This document shows, piece by piece, positions 28,513-36,782 of a DNA stretch of 64,000 nucleotides (the first letter of the stretch is position 1; the number at the start of each line of letters is the position of its first letter). A program made the translations under genes and the position numbers. The notes under the pieces are model-generated. The model saw only the letters and a program-made list of their open reading frames with translations. It was not told where the DNA came from and ran no database searches. Source of the DNA: Actinomycetota bacterium (lineage in GTDB: Bacteria; Actinomycetota; UBA4738; HRBIN12); NCBI GenBank assembly GCA_035288045.1, contig DATEBA010000005.1:23146-87145 (forward strand), in the 5' to 3' direction.

Positions 28513-28635
28513 GGGCCTGACCTCGCAGGCGAGGCGAAGTCCCGAACGGAGGGGGACCGGGGGCCCCCCTTCCGGGGCCCTGCGCCTCTCGGCTACCATT
28601 GGGATCGTTGCGAGCACCCCCGGGAGGGATGGGAG

Positions 28636-30084
28636 ATGCCTGATCTCCAGCAGTACATCGACGGACAGTGGGTCGACGCGATCGACGGCGAGCGGATGGA
28701 CGTCTACGACCCCGCCACCGGCGAGGTGGAGCTCACGGTCCCGAAGTCCTCCGAGAAGGACGTGGAGGCGGCGGTGGCCTCGGCGCGGCGAACCTTCGAC
28801 GAAGGCGGTTGGTCGCATAGGACCACGCCCCGAGAGCGAGGACGGATCCTGCTGCGCGCGGCCACGATCGTCGAGCGCGACCTCGAGCAACTCGCCGAGA
28901 TGGAGACCAGGGACTCCGGCAAGCCGATCGGCGAGTCCCGCGAGGATATCGGCGAGGTCGCGTTCATGTTCGAGTACTACGGCGGCTGGGCCACGAAGGT
29001 CCACGGGGAGACCATCCCGCTCGGGCCCGATGCGATGAGCATCGTCGTAAAGGAGCCCGTCGGCGTCGCGGCCTGCATCCCGCCGTGGAACTACCCGATG
29101 ATGATGGCGGCGCAGAAGGTGGCGCCGGCGCTCGCCGTGGGCTGTACGGCCATCCTCAAGCCGGCTTCTTACACGCCGCAGACGGCGCTCGCGATCGCTC
29201 GGATCTTCGAGGAGGCGGGCCTTCCCCCCGGCGCGCTGAGCGTGATCACCGGACCGGGCTCGAAGGTCGGCGCCGCGCTCGTGCGCGATCCCCGCGTCGA
29301 CAAGGTGAGCCTCACCGGGTCGGCGGAGGTCGGGCGGTGGGTGATGCGCGAGGGCGCGGACACGATGAAGCGCGTCTGTCTCGAGCTCGGCGGCAAGTCG
29401 CCGAACATCTTCTTTGCCGATGCCGACTTCGACGCTGCGGTCGAGGGCTCGTGCAACAGCAACTTCTGGAACCAGGGCGAGATCTGCTCGGCCGGGACGC
29501 GCGTGTTCGTCGAGCGGCCGATCTACGACGACGCCTTGCAGGCGATGGTCGATCACACGATGGGGATAAAGGTCGGGGACGGGATGGACCCCGAGACGAC
29601 GATGGGCCCGCTCGTCTCGATCGACCAGAAGAAGACCGTCGAGAGCTACATCGAGATCGGCAAGGGCGAGGCCAAGGTGGCGCTCGAGGGCGACCTGCCC
29701 TCCGACCGGCGTCTGGCGAACGGCTACTTCGTGGCGCCGACGATCTTCTACGACGTCGAGAACGACATGCGGATCGGCCGGGAGGAGATCTTCGGGCCGG
29801 TCATGTCGGTGATCCCGTTCGAGGACGTGGACGAGGTGATCCGGCTCGCGAACGACAACGAGTACGGTCTGGCCGCGTCGGTGTGGACTCGGGACATCAA
29901 GAAGGCACTCAACACCGCGCGCGCTCTTCGGACCGGCATCGTGTGGATCAACGACGCGCAGCCGGCACCCTCGGAGGCCCCCTGGGGTGGCTACAAGCAG
30001 TCGGGCGTGGGCCGAGAGCTGGGCGAGTGGGGCATCGAGGACTACCTCGAGGTCAAGAACATCTACGTGAACCTGGCCGAGTAG
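28636..30084 (+). CDS. Aldehyde dehydrogenase (betaine/aminoaldehyde dehydrogenase-like)
   Basis: PWNYP, LKPA, TGSAEVG, LELGGKSP, catalytic GEICSAG, EEIFGPV, PWGGYKQSG.GRELG. Confidence 0.92.
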   Translation: MPDLQQYIDGQWVDAIDGERMDVYDPATGEVELTVPKSSEKDVEAAVASARRTFDEGGWSHRTTPRERGRILLRAATIVERDLEQLAEMETRDSGKPIGESREDIGEVAFMFEYYGGWATKVHGETIPLGPDAMSIVVKEPVGVAACIPPWNYPMMMAAQKVAPALAVGCTAILKPASYTPQTALAIARIFEEAGLPPGALSVITGPGSKVGAALVRDPRVDKVSLTGSAEVGRWVMREGADTMKRVCLELGGKSPNIFFADADFDAAVEGSCNSNFWNQGEICSAGTRVFVERPIYDDALQAMVDHTMGIKVGDGMDPETTMGPLVSIDQKKTVESYIEIGKGEAKVALEGDLPSDRRLANGYFVAPTIFYDVENDMRIGREEIFGPVMSVIPFEDVDEVIRLANDNEYGLAASVWTRDIKKALNTARALRTGIVWINDAQPAPSEAPWGGYKQSGVGRELGEWGIEDYLEVKNIYVNLAE

Positions 30085-31270
30085 CAGCCTGCCCGCGGGG
30101 CGCTAAGAGACCGCTCAAGGCGACGCCGATCGTCATGAGGATCATGAAGCTCATCGTGGCGCGAAGGGTGAACGTGTCGCCGAGCCAGCCGAGGAGCGGC
30201 GGGGCGAACACGAAGCCCGAGTATCCGACCGTCGTGATCGCCGCGATCGCGTTCGTCGGATGCTCGTTGGCCGCCTCGACGAGCCCGAACGCGGCCGGTG
30301 CCGCCGACGCAAGCGAGAAGCCCAGCAAGAGGTACGCGGCGCTCGCGATCGGGATGCTCTCCGTTAGGACGATCACGATGCCGGCGGCCATGGAGCCGAG
30401 TCCCGAGAGCATGATCGTCTGCCGGTAGCCGAGCCGGAAGAGCACACGCGCCGCGAAGAAGCGACCGATCGCCATCGCGCCGGCGAATGCCGCGAATCCC
30501 ACCCCCGCGGCGAGCGCGCTCGCGGCGAGGGTCCTGCGGAGGTAGATGCCCGACCAGCTGTCCATGGAGCCCTCGACCAGGAAAGCGAACAGCACGACGA
30601 GCGACGGCACGACCAGGACCGGGGCCCGCCGCAGGGCTGACAGCGACATCCTCGTCTCCGGCATCTCCTCGTGCTCCAAGTCCGGAGGTGGACGGAGCCG
30701 GTTCCACGCGGCGGCGAGGAGGAGCACGACGCCGGCGGCCAGGAGGATCACCCGGTACGGCACGCCGGCGGTGAGGGCGATCCCCGCGCCGAGCCCTCCG
30801 GTCACCCCGCCCACCGAGTAACCCGCGTGCACGCGTTGGAGGATCGGCCGGCGGGTCCTCGTCTCGAGGTCCTGAGCGGCAACGTTCATGAAGACGTCGA
30901 GCAGGCCGTTCCCGGCGCCCATCACGACGAAGGGCGCCCACAGCAGCTCGCTCGGGGACGCGGCGGTGAGCAGCACCCCCGTTCCCATCACGACTATCGA
31001 AGCGGGGAGCGTCGCCGCGAGCGGCCGCCGCTGGAGCCGGGGCGCGACGAGCACCATCGTCCCGATCGACACGACCGCCAGAGCCGCGTAGAGCCAACCC
31101 ATGTAGCTCTGGGAGAAGCCGTGGTCGACGAGGAACTCGTGGACGACGACGACCCAGGCGCCCCAGTATTGGCCGAAGGCCCAGTACCCAGCGAACAGCG
31201 GAGTCTCCCCGCCGGTCCGCGCGGGCGTGCTCTGGGTTCCTCCCTTCGGTCGGGCGGGACCGTCGCTCAT
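30053..31270 (-). CDS. MFS transporter
   Basis: About 12 hydrophobic segments, DVFMNVAAQDLE, HAGYSVG, MDSWSGIYL, IGRFFA. Overlaps the ALDH 3' end by 32 nt. Confidence 0.85.
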   Translation of the reverse strand: MSDGPARPKGGTQSTPARTGGETPLFAGYWAFGQYWGAWVVVVHEFLVDHGFSQSYMGWLYAALAVVSIGTMVLVAPRLQRRPLAATLPASIVVMGTGVLLTAASPSELLWAPFVVMGAGNGLLDVFMNVAAQDLETRTRRPILQRVHAGYSVGGVTGGLGAGIALTAGVPYRVILLAAGVVLLLAAAWNRLRPPPDLEHEEMPETRMSLSALRRAPVLVVPSLVVLFAFLVEGSMDSWSGIYLRRTLAASALAAGVGFAAFAGAMAIGRFFAARVLFRLGYRQTIMLSGLGSMAAGIVIVLTESIPIASAAYLLLGFSLASAAPAAFGLVEAANEHPTNAIAAITTVGYSGFVFAPPLLGWLGDTFTLRATMSFMILMTIGVALSGLLAPRGQAATRPGSRRCS

Positions 31271-31292
31271 GTCGGCCTATCTTCCGGGGTGA

Positions 31293-31308
31293 CTGAACTG
31301 CTATGCAA
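31293..31308. promoter_or_regulatory. Operator-like 16-mer upstream of potA (consensus YTGAAY-N4-RTTCAR)
   Basis: CTGAACTGCTATGCAA, one mismatch from consensus. It sits 18 nt upstream of a TATGCT -10 (31327-32). Confidence 0.55.
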
Positions 31309-31341
31309 ACATCCGCCGGGGTGATGTATGCTCCCGCAGCG

Positions 31342-32472
31342 ATGGCGGGGGGAACCGTTCAGCTCGTAGACCTGGTCAAGCGCTTCGGCGAAGTGACCGC
31401 CGTGGACGGCGTCAACCTGCAGATGCCTGCGGGAGAGTTCTTCTCGCTCCTTGGCCCGTCGGGCTGCGGAAAGACGACGACCCTCCGGATGATCGCCGGC
31501 TTCGAGCGTCCGACCGAGGGCGCGATCATGCTGGACGGGGTGGACATGGCGCAGACTCCGCCCCACAAGCGCGACGTCAACACGGTGTTCCAGAACTACG
31601 CCCTCTTCCCTCATCTGAACGTGGCCGACAACGTGGCGTTCGGGCTGAAGTACAAGGACCTCTCGAAGGACGAGATCAAGGCAAAGGTGGGCGAAGCGCT
31701 GTCGCTGGTGCGGCTGGAGGGCTTCGAGAAACGCCGTCCGTCCCAGCTGTCCGGTGGCCAGCAGCAGCGCGTCGCTCTCGCCCGCGCTCTAGTGCTGAAC
31801 CCGCGTGTGTTGCTCCTCGACGAGCCGCTCGGCGCTCTGGACGCGAAGCTGCGCAAGGCTCTGCAGATCGAGCTGAAGACCCTCCAGGAGGAGGTCGGCG
31901 TGACGTTCATATACGTGACGCACGACCAGGAGGAAGCCCTCACGATGTCCGACCGGATCGCGGTGATGTCCAACGGCCGCGTGGAGCAGATCGGGCCGCC
32001 GAGCGACGTCTACGAGTCACCGGCCACCGCCTACGTCGCCGACTTCCTCGGCGTGTCGAACCTCATGTCGGCTCAGGCCGACGGTCCCGAGGGCGGGCGC
32101 TCGAGGGTCCGCCTCGGCCAGTTCGCGGTCTTCGCCGGCCAGGGCGACGTGGACGCCCGCGGTGACGTAAAGATCTGCATCCGCCCCGAGAGGATCCTCC
32201 TGGAGGCGCAGGACAGCGCCGGCGAGAACCGCGTGCCCGCGATGATCGAGCGGGTCGTCTACGTGGGGTCGATCCTGCAGGTGATCGTGAACCTCGCGCA
32301 CGGTGAGCGGATCCAGGTCTGGGTGCAGAACCAGGGTGATGCGCTCCCGTTCCAGCAGGGCCAGCCGGTCTCGGTGCACTTCCCATCCGATGCCTTGAGA
32401 GTTCTCGTGGATCTCGGCCCCGAGGTCGCGTACGCGACGGAGGAGGACACGGAGACGGCTGCGGCCGGCTGA
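31342..32472 (+). CDS. potA: Polyamine-type ABC transporter ATPase
   Basis: GPSGCGKTT, VFQNYALFPHL, LSGGQQQR, LDEPLGALD, YVTHDQEEAL, and a C-terminal TOBE region. Confidence 0.92.
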   Translation: MAGGTVQLVDLVKRFGEVTAVDGVNLQMPAGEFFSLLGPSGCGKTTTLRMIAGFERPTEGAIMLDGVDMAQTPPHKRDVNTVFQNYALFPHLNVADNVAFGLKYKDLSKDEIKAKVGEALSLVRLEGFEKRRPSQLSGGQQQRVALARALVLNPRVLLLDEPLGALDAKLRKALQIELKTLQEEVGVTFIYVTHDQEEALTMSDRIAVMSNGRVEQIGPPSDVYESPATAYVADFLGVSNLMSAQADGPEGGRSRVRLGQFAVFAGQGDVDARGDVKICIRPERILLEAQDSAGENRVPAMIERVVYVGSILQVIVNLAHGERIQVWVQNQGDALPFQQGQPVSVHFPSDALRVLVDLGPEVAYATEEDTETAAAG

Positions 32473-32474
32473 GC

Positions 32475-33425
32475 CTAGATCTCCAGCCGGGCGAAGTCCT
32501 CGACCGCAGAGTGCTCGGCGGTCTCGCGCTTGCGGATGAAACGCCGCTGCACAAGCACGGCCAGCGTGATCGCGCCGAGCGACGCCACAAGCATCAGCGT
32601 GGCGAGCGCGTTCAGCGCGGGACTGGGCGCCAGGCGCGCCGTAGAGTAGATCTTGATCGGCACCGTCACGCAATCCTCGACGCACAGGAACGCGCTGATC
32701 ACGAAGTCGTCGATCGTGATCGCGAAGACGATCATCGCCGCGGCGAATATCGCCGGCAGGAGCAGAGGGAAGAGGACCCGGAAGAGCGCCTGTGCTGGGG
32801 AGGCGCCGAGGTCCATCGCAGCTTCCTCGTATTCCTTCCCGATCGCGAAGAGACGCCCTCGGACGACGATCACCACATAGGAGATGGAGAAGGTGACAAG
32901 CCCGAGGGTCATTGCGGACCAGGGGAGCCAGGGCCTGCCGAAGGGCACCGCCTTGTAGAGGTTGTCGAAGACGAGGAACAGCGAGACGCCCATCACGATC
33001 TCGGGCGTCACCAGGGGGAACAGCATAAGGAAGTTGGCCGGCCCGGAGCCTCGCCCGCGCCACCGGGCGAGCCCGAGGGCGAGCGCCACGCCGATCGGGG
33101 TCGCGACGACCATGACCCATCCGGCGAGCTGGAGGCTATGGACGAGGGCCTGGAAGAGCGACTCGTCGTGGAAGACCGAGAGCTCAGGATCCTGCGTGTA
33201 CCAACGGAGCCCGAAACCCTGGAACGTGCTCCGGGACCTTCCCGTGTTGAACCCGATCCGGACGGCTATCAGGACGGGAACGATGGACCAGGCCATGTAG
33301 AGCCACGTCCAGGCGACGAGCGCCCGCGGCTTGCCCCATGGGTTGCGGAGCCAGTCCCCGAAGCGCCCGGCGAGGGACGACCCCCGCGACGTGGGAGCCG
33401 GGAGCGCGGGGGCCTCGGCGCTCAC
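32475..33425 (-). CDS. potC: Polyamine-type ABC permease (PotC-like)
   Basis: PEIVMG, EEAAMDLGASP EAA loop, DDFVIS, P.LNALAT. The GTG start at 33425 overlaps the potB stop. Confidence 0.88.
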   Translation of the reverse strand: MSAEAPALPAPTSRGSSLAGRFGDWLRNPWGKPRALVAWTWLYMAWSIVPVLIAVRIGFNTGRSRSTFQGFGLRWYTQDPELSVFHDESLFQALVHSLQLAGWVMVVATPIGVALALGLARWRGRGSGPANFLMLFPLVTPEIVMGVSLFLVFDNLYKAVPFGRPWLPWSAMTLGLVTFSISYVVIVVRGRLFAIGKEYEEAAMDLGASPAQALFRVLFPLLLPAIFAAAMIVFAITIDDFVISAFLCVEDCVTVPIKIYSTARLAPSPALNALATLMLVASLGAITLAVLVQRRFIRKRETAEHSAVEDFARLEI

Positions 33426-34354
33426 TGCCGGGCCTCCCTCGCCGCCCGCGCCACGCTGAAGAGGTAGTAGAGCATCAGTACGGCGACGAACATCGAGAGC
33501 ATGAGGGTGATCGAGGCTCCCGTCGGGCCGCCGGCGCGCGTGTGGATGAAGCGGTTGATCATGTTCCCGATCATGCTGGTGTTGGGGCTCCCCGAGAGCA
33601 GGTCGGGCGTGTAGTAGTCCCCGAACATAGGCAGCATGATGATCACCGTTCCGGCGAGGATCCCCTGCTTGGATAGCGGCAGCGTGACGCGCAGGAACGT
33701 CTTCGCCGGGCTCGCGCCGAGATCCCGCGACGCCTCCAGCTGGCTCTTGTCGATGCGGTCGAGCGCCGCGTACATCGGCAGGATGAAGAACGGGATGTAT
33801 CCGTATGCCAGGCCGAGGACTACCGTTACGGAATCGCCGGCCAGCCAGTTCCGCGGAGCGGGGAGGATGTTGAGGAACGTGAAGAGCTTGTTCACGTACC
33901 CGTCCTCCAGGAGGAGGTTCACCCACGCCAGCATCCGCATCAGATAGCTCATCCAGAAGGGCGCGATGAGGAGGACAAGGAGGAGCACCCTACGCTTCCC
34001 GGCGTGCCGGGCGATGTAGTAGGCGACCGGGTACCCCATGACCATGCACAGGGCCGTCGCCGTGAAGACGTACTCGATCGTCCGGATGAACACCGGTTGC
34101 AGCGGCACCATGCCGGCCGCCGGGTTGCCGGTGAAGCTCTTCAGGATGTTGCCGAGCGTCTCCGGGTCCCAGGCGGTGGGCAGCCACGCGGGCTCCGGCT
34201 GTCCGAAGATCGGGTCCAGCCCGCCCATAGCCACGGCGGCGATCGCGTAGAACGGAAGCAGAAACAGCAGGACGAGCCACAGCAATCCGGGGGCGGCGAA
34301 GACGGGCCAGTACCATCGCCGCTGGCCCACGACCCCCAACTCGCCAGAAGGCAT
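33422..34354 (-). CDS. potB: Polyamine-type ABC permease (PotB-like)
   Basis: GYPVAY, PFWMSYLMR.LAW, YIPFFILPMYAAL, EASRDLGASP. Confidence 0.9.
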   Translation of the reverse strand: MPSGELGVVGQRRWYWPVFAAPGLLWLVLLFLLPFYAIAAVAMGGLDPIFGQPEPAWLPTAWDPETLGNILKSFTGNPAAGMVPLQPVFIRTIEYVFTATALCMVMGYPVAYYIARHAGKRRVLLLVLLIAPFWMSYLMRMLAWVNLLLEDGYVNKLFTFLNILPAPRNWLAGDSVTVVLGLAYGYIPFFILPMYAALDRIDKSQLEASRDLGASPAKTFLRVTLPLSKQGILAGTVIIMLPMFGDYYTPDLLSGSPNTSMIGNMINRFIHTRAGGPTGASITLMLSMFVAVLMLYYLFSVARAAREARQ

Positions 34355-34373
34355 GCCACTCGCTCCTCATCGA

Positions 34374-34402
34374 GAGGCCCCGCCCGTGTAGGGCGGGGCC
34401 TC
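34374..34402 (-). terminator. Intercistronic hairpin between potD and potB
   Basis: GAGGCCCCGCCC-gtgta-GGGCGGGGCCTC, a perfect 12-bp stem. Confidence 0.65.
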
Positions 34403-34424
34403 GTAGGCCCGTCGGTTCCCGAGC

Positions 34425-35756
34425 TTAGCCGCCCGCCGTCACCGTCGCGAACGCGTTCTGCCACAACAGGTCCGTCTCCGCGGGGAGGGCCAGGTGCCGC
34501 TTGCCGATGTCGAAGTCCGCTTCCGTCACGATGGTCTCCGGCATCGACTCGAGGACGTAGCCGTCTATCCACCCCTTCGAAGCGTCGAACGGGCCCTTCC
34601 AAGGCCCGAGCAGATCGTCGGGGTTCAGCTGCGTCTGCGCCGGCTGGTAGCCCACCCAGCTGAAGTTCTTCATCGCCACCTTGAAGTCGCAGTAGTAGTT
34701 CAAGAAGGCGTGCGCTAGAACCGGGTTCTGCGCGTTCTTGGGGATCGCGAGGCAGTCGTTGCCCACGGTTCCCAGGCCGAACGCGCTCCGCGCAGGCCAG
34801 AAGTACTGCAGGAAGTGCGGATCGGTGCCCGTCTTGATGTAGTAGGGCGTTGCGACCATGTCGCCGGACCACGCCTCGTGAAGGCCGAAGACGCCCTCGG
34901 GCATCTTCGCGTAGGCGCCGTCGATCGTGTACCGCACGTCGAGGGCCGTGAGCTCCTGGAGCAGCGCGCCGGCAGCCTCGATCGCCGCGCCGTCTCCCGT
35001 GTTCACGTCGTCCACGCCGTTGCGGAACAGCCCGACCGTGAGCGCCTCGCGGTAGTCGTCGTAGAGGCCGATGATGCCCGCGTTGGCCGCGTCCCAGAAC
35101 GGGGCCCAGGGGTCATCCATCGCCGCGAAGTCGTCGACCGACAGGTCCACCATGTCGGTCCGCCAGCCGATCCCGGTGTGATATACGGTGTAGGGCACCG
35201 TGTACTGCGAGCGACCGTCGTAGAAGGGGTCGGCGAGCTGCGGCCACACGTTGGAGAGGTTCGGGATGTAGTCGTGGTTCAGGGGCTGGATTATCTTCTT
35301 CGCGACCAGACCCGGCACCACGTCGATCGTCGGGAAGAAGACGTCGAACTGCGCCTCTCCAGTCTCGATCTTGGAGATCGCCTCCTCCATGTTGTAGAAG
35401 GTCTCGTACTCCCACCCGACGTTGTACTCTTCGGCGAAGTCCTCGAGAACGCGCTTCCAGAAGTAGTCCTGCCAGTTGAAGATCTTGAGCGTCGCTCCCT
35501 CTCTCGCCTCGACCTCGAGGTCCGATTGGATCGGAGGGTTGTCGTCGAAGACCTGGAGCTCGACCGGACTGTCGGGCGTGCCGATCCGGAGCTCGGGTTC
35601 CTCCCCATCTCCCGTGCCCGGGCCCGCGTCCTCCTTGCACGCTGCGAGGAGCGCGGCCATCGTCGGCAGCGCGGTCGCCCCGGCCGCTGTCCGACGAAGG
35701 AAATCCCGCCGGCTCATGTGCAGACGCGACCACCGCTCGGCTGGGTGTCTCAGCAT
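34425..35756 (-). CDS. potD: PotD/PotF-like solute-binding lipoprotein with a Tat signal
   Basis: SRRDFLRR twin-arginine motif, LLAAC lipobox, KIFNWQDY, LNHDYIPNL, YTVPYT, WSGD, DCLAIPK, AHAFLNY. GAAGGAG upstream. Confidence 0.88.
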   Translation of the reverse strand: MLRHPAERWSRLHMSRRDFLRRTAAGATALPTMAALLAACKEDAGPGTGDGEEPELRIGTPDSPVELQVFDDNPPIQSDLEVEAREGATLKIFNWQDYFWKRVLEDFAEEYNVGWEYETFYNMEEAISKIETGEAQFDVFFPTIDVVPGLVAKKIIQPLNHDYIPNLSNVWPQLADPFYDGRSQYTVPYTVYHTGIGWRTDMVDLSVDDFAAMDDPWAPFWDAANAGIIGLYDDYREALTVGLFRNGVDDVNTGDGAAIEAAGALLQELTALDVRYTIDGAYAKMPEGVFGLHEAWSGDMVATPYYIKTGTDPHFLQYFWPARSAFGLGTVGNDCLAIPKNAQNPVLAHAFLNYYCDFKVAMKNFSWVGYQPAQTQLNPDDLLGPWKGPFDASKGWIDGYVLESMPETIVTEADFDIGKRHLALPAETDLLWQNAFATVTAGG

Positions 35757-35770
35757 GCCCCCTCCTTCAT

Positions 35771-35786
35771 TTGAGCGCCGATTCAA
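35771..35786. promoter_or_regulatory. Operator-like 16-mer upstream of potD
   Basis: TTGAGCGCCGATTCAA, extending to TTTGA...TCAAA, 14 nt from the potD start codon. Confidence 0.6.
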
Positions 35787-35951
35787 AGGGCTAGCTATCA
35801 CAGGCTAGGAGCCCGTGCAAGCCCACCGTCTTTGGATACGTGTGTCGGGGCCTCCGCGGTTGGCCCTCTGAGACCGGGGGTTGCGCCGTTGAACCACGCT
35901 TTTGACCCGCGTGTATCATGCAGCGGCCGCGAGCCACCGGAGGAATCCCCT

Positions 35952-36782
35952 ATGAGCGAGCAGGAAGGGCCCGTACTCCTGGTCGAGGACATCGGACCGG
36001 TACGCCGGCTCACGATGAATCGCCCCAAGTCCCTGAACGCCCTCAACGCCGAGCTCATGGAAGCCATGTCCCGAGCCCTGGCCGAGGCCGCCCGGGACGA
36101 CTCGGTGACCGTCCTCGTCTTGCGCGGCGCCGGGCGCGCGTTCTGCGCCGGCTACGACCTCACAGAGGACGCCGGTTCGGGGGCTATGGACTCCGCCGCC
36201 TGGGAGCGCGAGCTCCGGCACTCGACCGAGGCGATGCTCGAGTTCCTCGATCATCCGAAGCCGACGATCGCGCAGGTCCACAGCTACTGTCTCGCCGGCG
36301 GCACCGACCTCATGCTCGCGTGCGACCTCGCGGTTGCGGCGGACGACTCCTACTTCGGCTACGTCGACATCCGGTTCGGCTCCGGCGTCGTCTCGATGTT
36401 CCTGCCGTGGGTGGTCGGAGTGCGCAAGGCCAAGGAGCTGCTCTTCACGGGGGAGGACCGGATCCCGGCCGACGAGGCGCTCCGGATCGGCCTCGTGAAC
36501 CGCGTCGTGGCGCGCGACGATCTCGACGCGGCGACGCTGTCCCTCGCGGAGGAGATCGCCAAGAACGAGTCGTTCGTCGTGCAGATGTCCAAGCGCGCGG
36601 CGAACCGCGTGTGGGACGTCGCAGGGTTCCGGGCTGCGATGGACGCCAACACCGAGCTCGACACGATCATCGAGACGGCGAACCTTCCGCAGCGCGACGA
36701 GTTCCGGCGGATCACCCAGGAGGAGGGGCTCAAGGCGGCGATCGCGTGGCGAGACGCGCGCTACCGCGGCGGGAGCCCATGA
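35952..36782 (+). CDS. Enoyl-CoA hydratase/isomerase (crotonase) family protein
   Basis: MNRPKSLNAL, FCAGYDL, AGGTDL, GYVD, AKELLFTG, IGLVNRVV. Confidence 0.88.
   Translation: MSEQEGPVLLVEDIGPVRRLTMNRPKSLNALNAELMEAMSRALAEAARDDSVTVLVLRGAGRAFCAGYDLTEDAGSGAMDSAAWERELRHSTEAMLEFLDHPKPTIAQVHSYCLAGGTDLMLACDLAVAADDSYFGYVDIRFGSGVVSMFLPWVVGVRKAKELLFTGEDRIPADEALRIGLVNRVVARDDLDAATLSLAEEIAKNESFVVQMSKRAANRVWDVAGFRAAMDANTELDTIIETANLPQRDEFRRITQEEGLKAAIAWRDARYRGGSP

Noticed and set aside
28547-28574. G/C-run hairpin between the ABM-like gene and the ALDH
   Set aside because: The stem is imperfect and built from homopolymer runs with no U-tract, so it is too weak to call a terminator.
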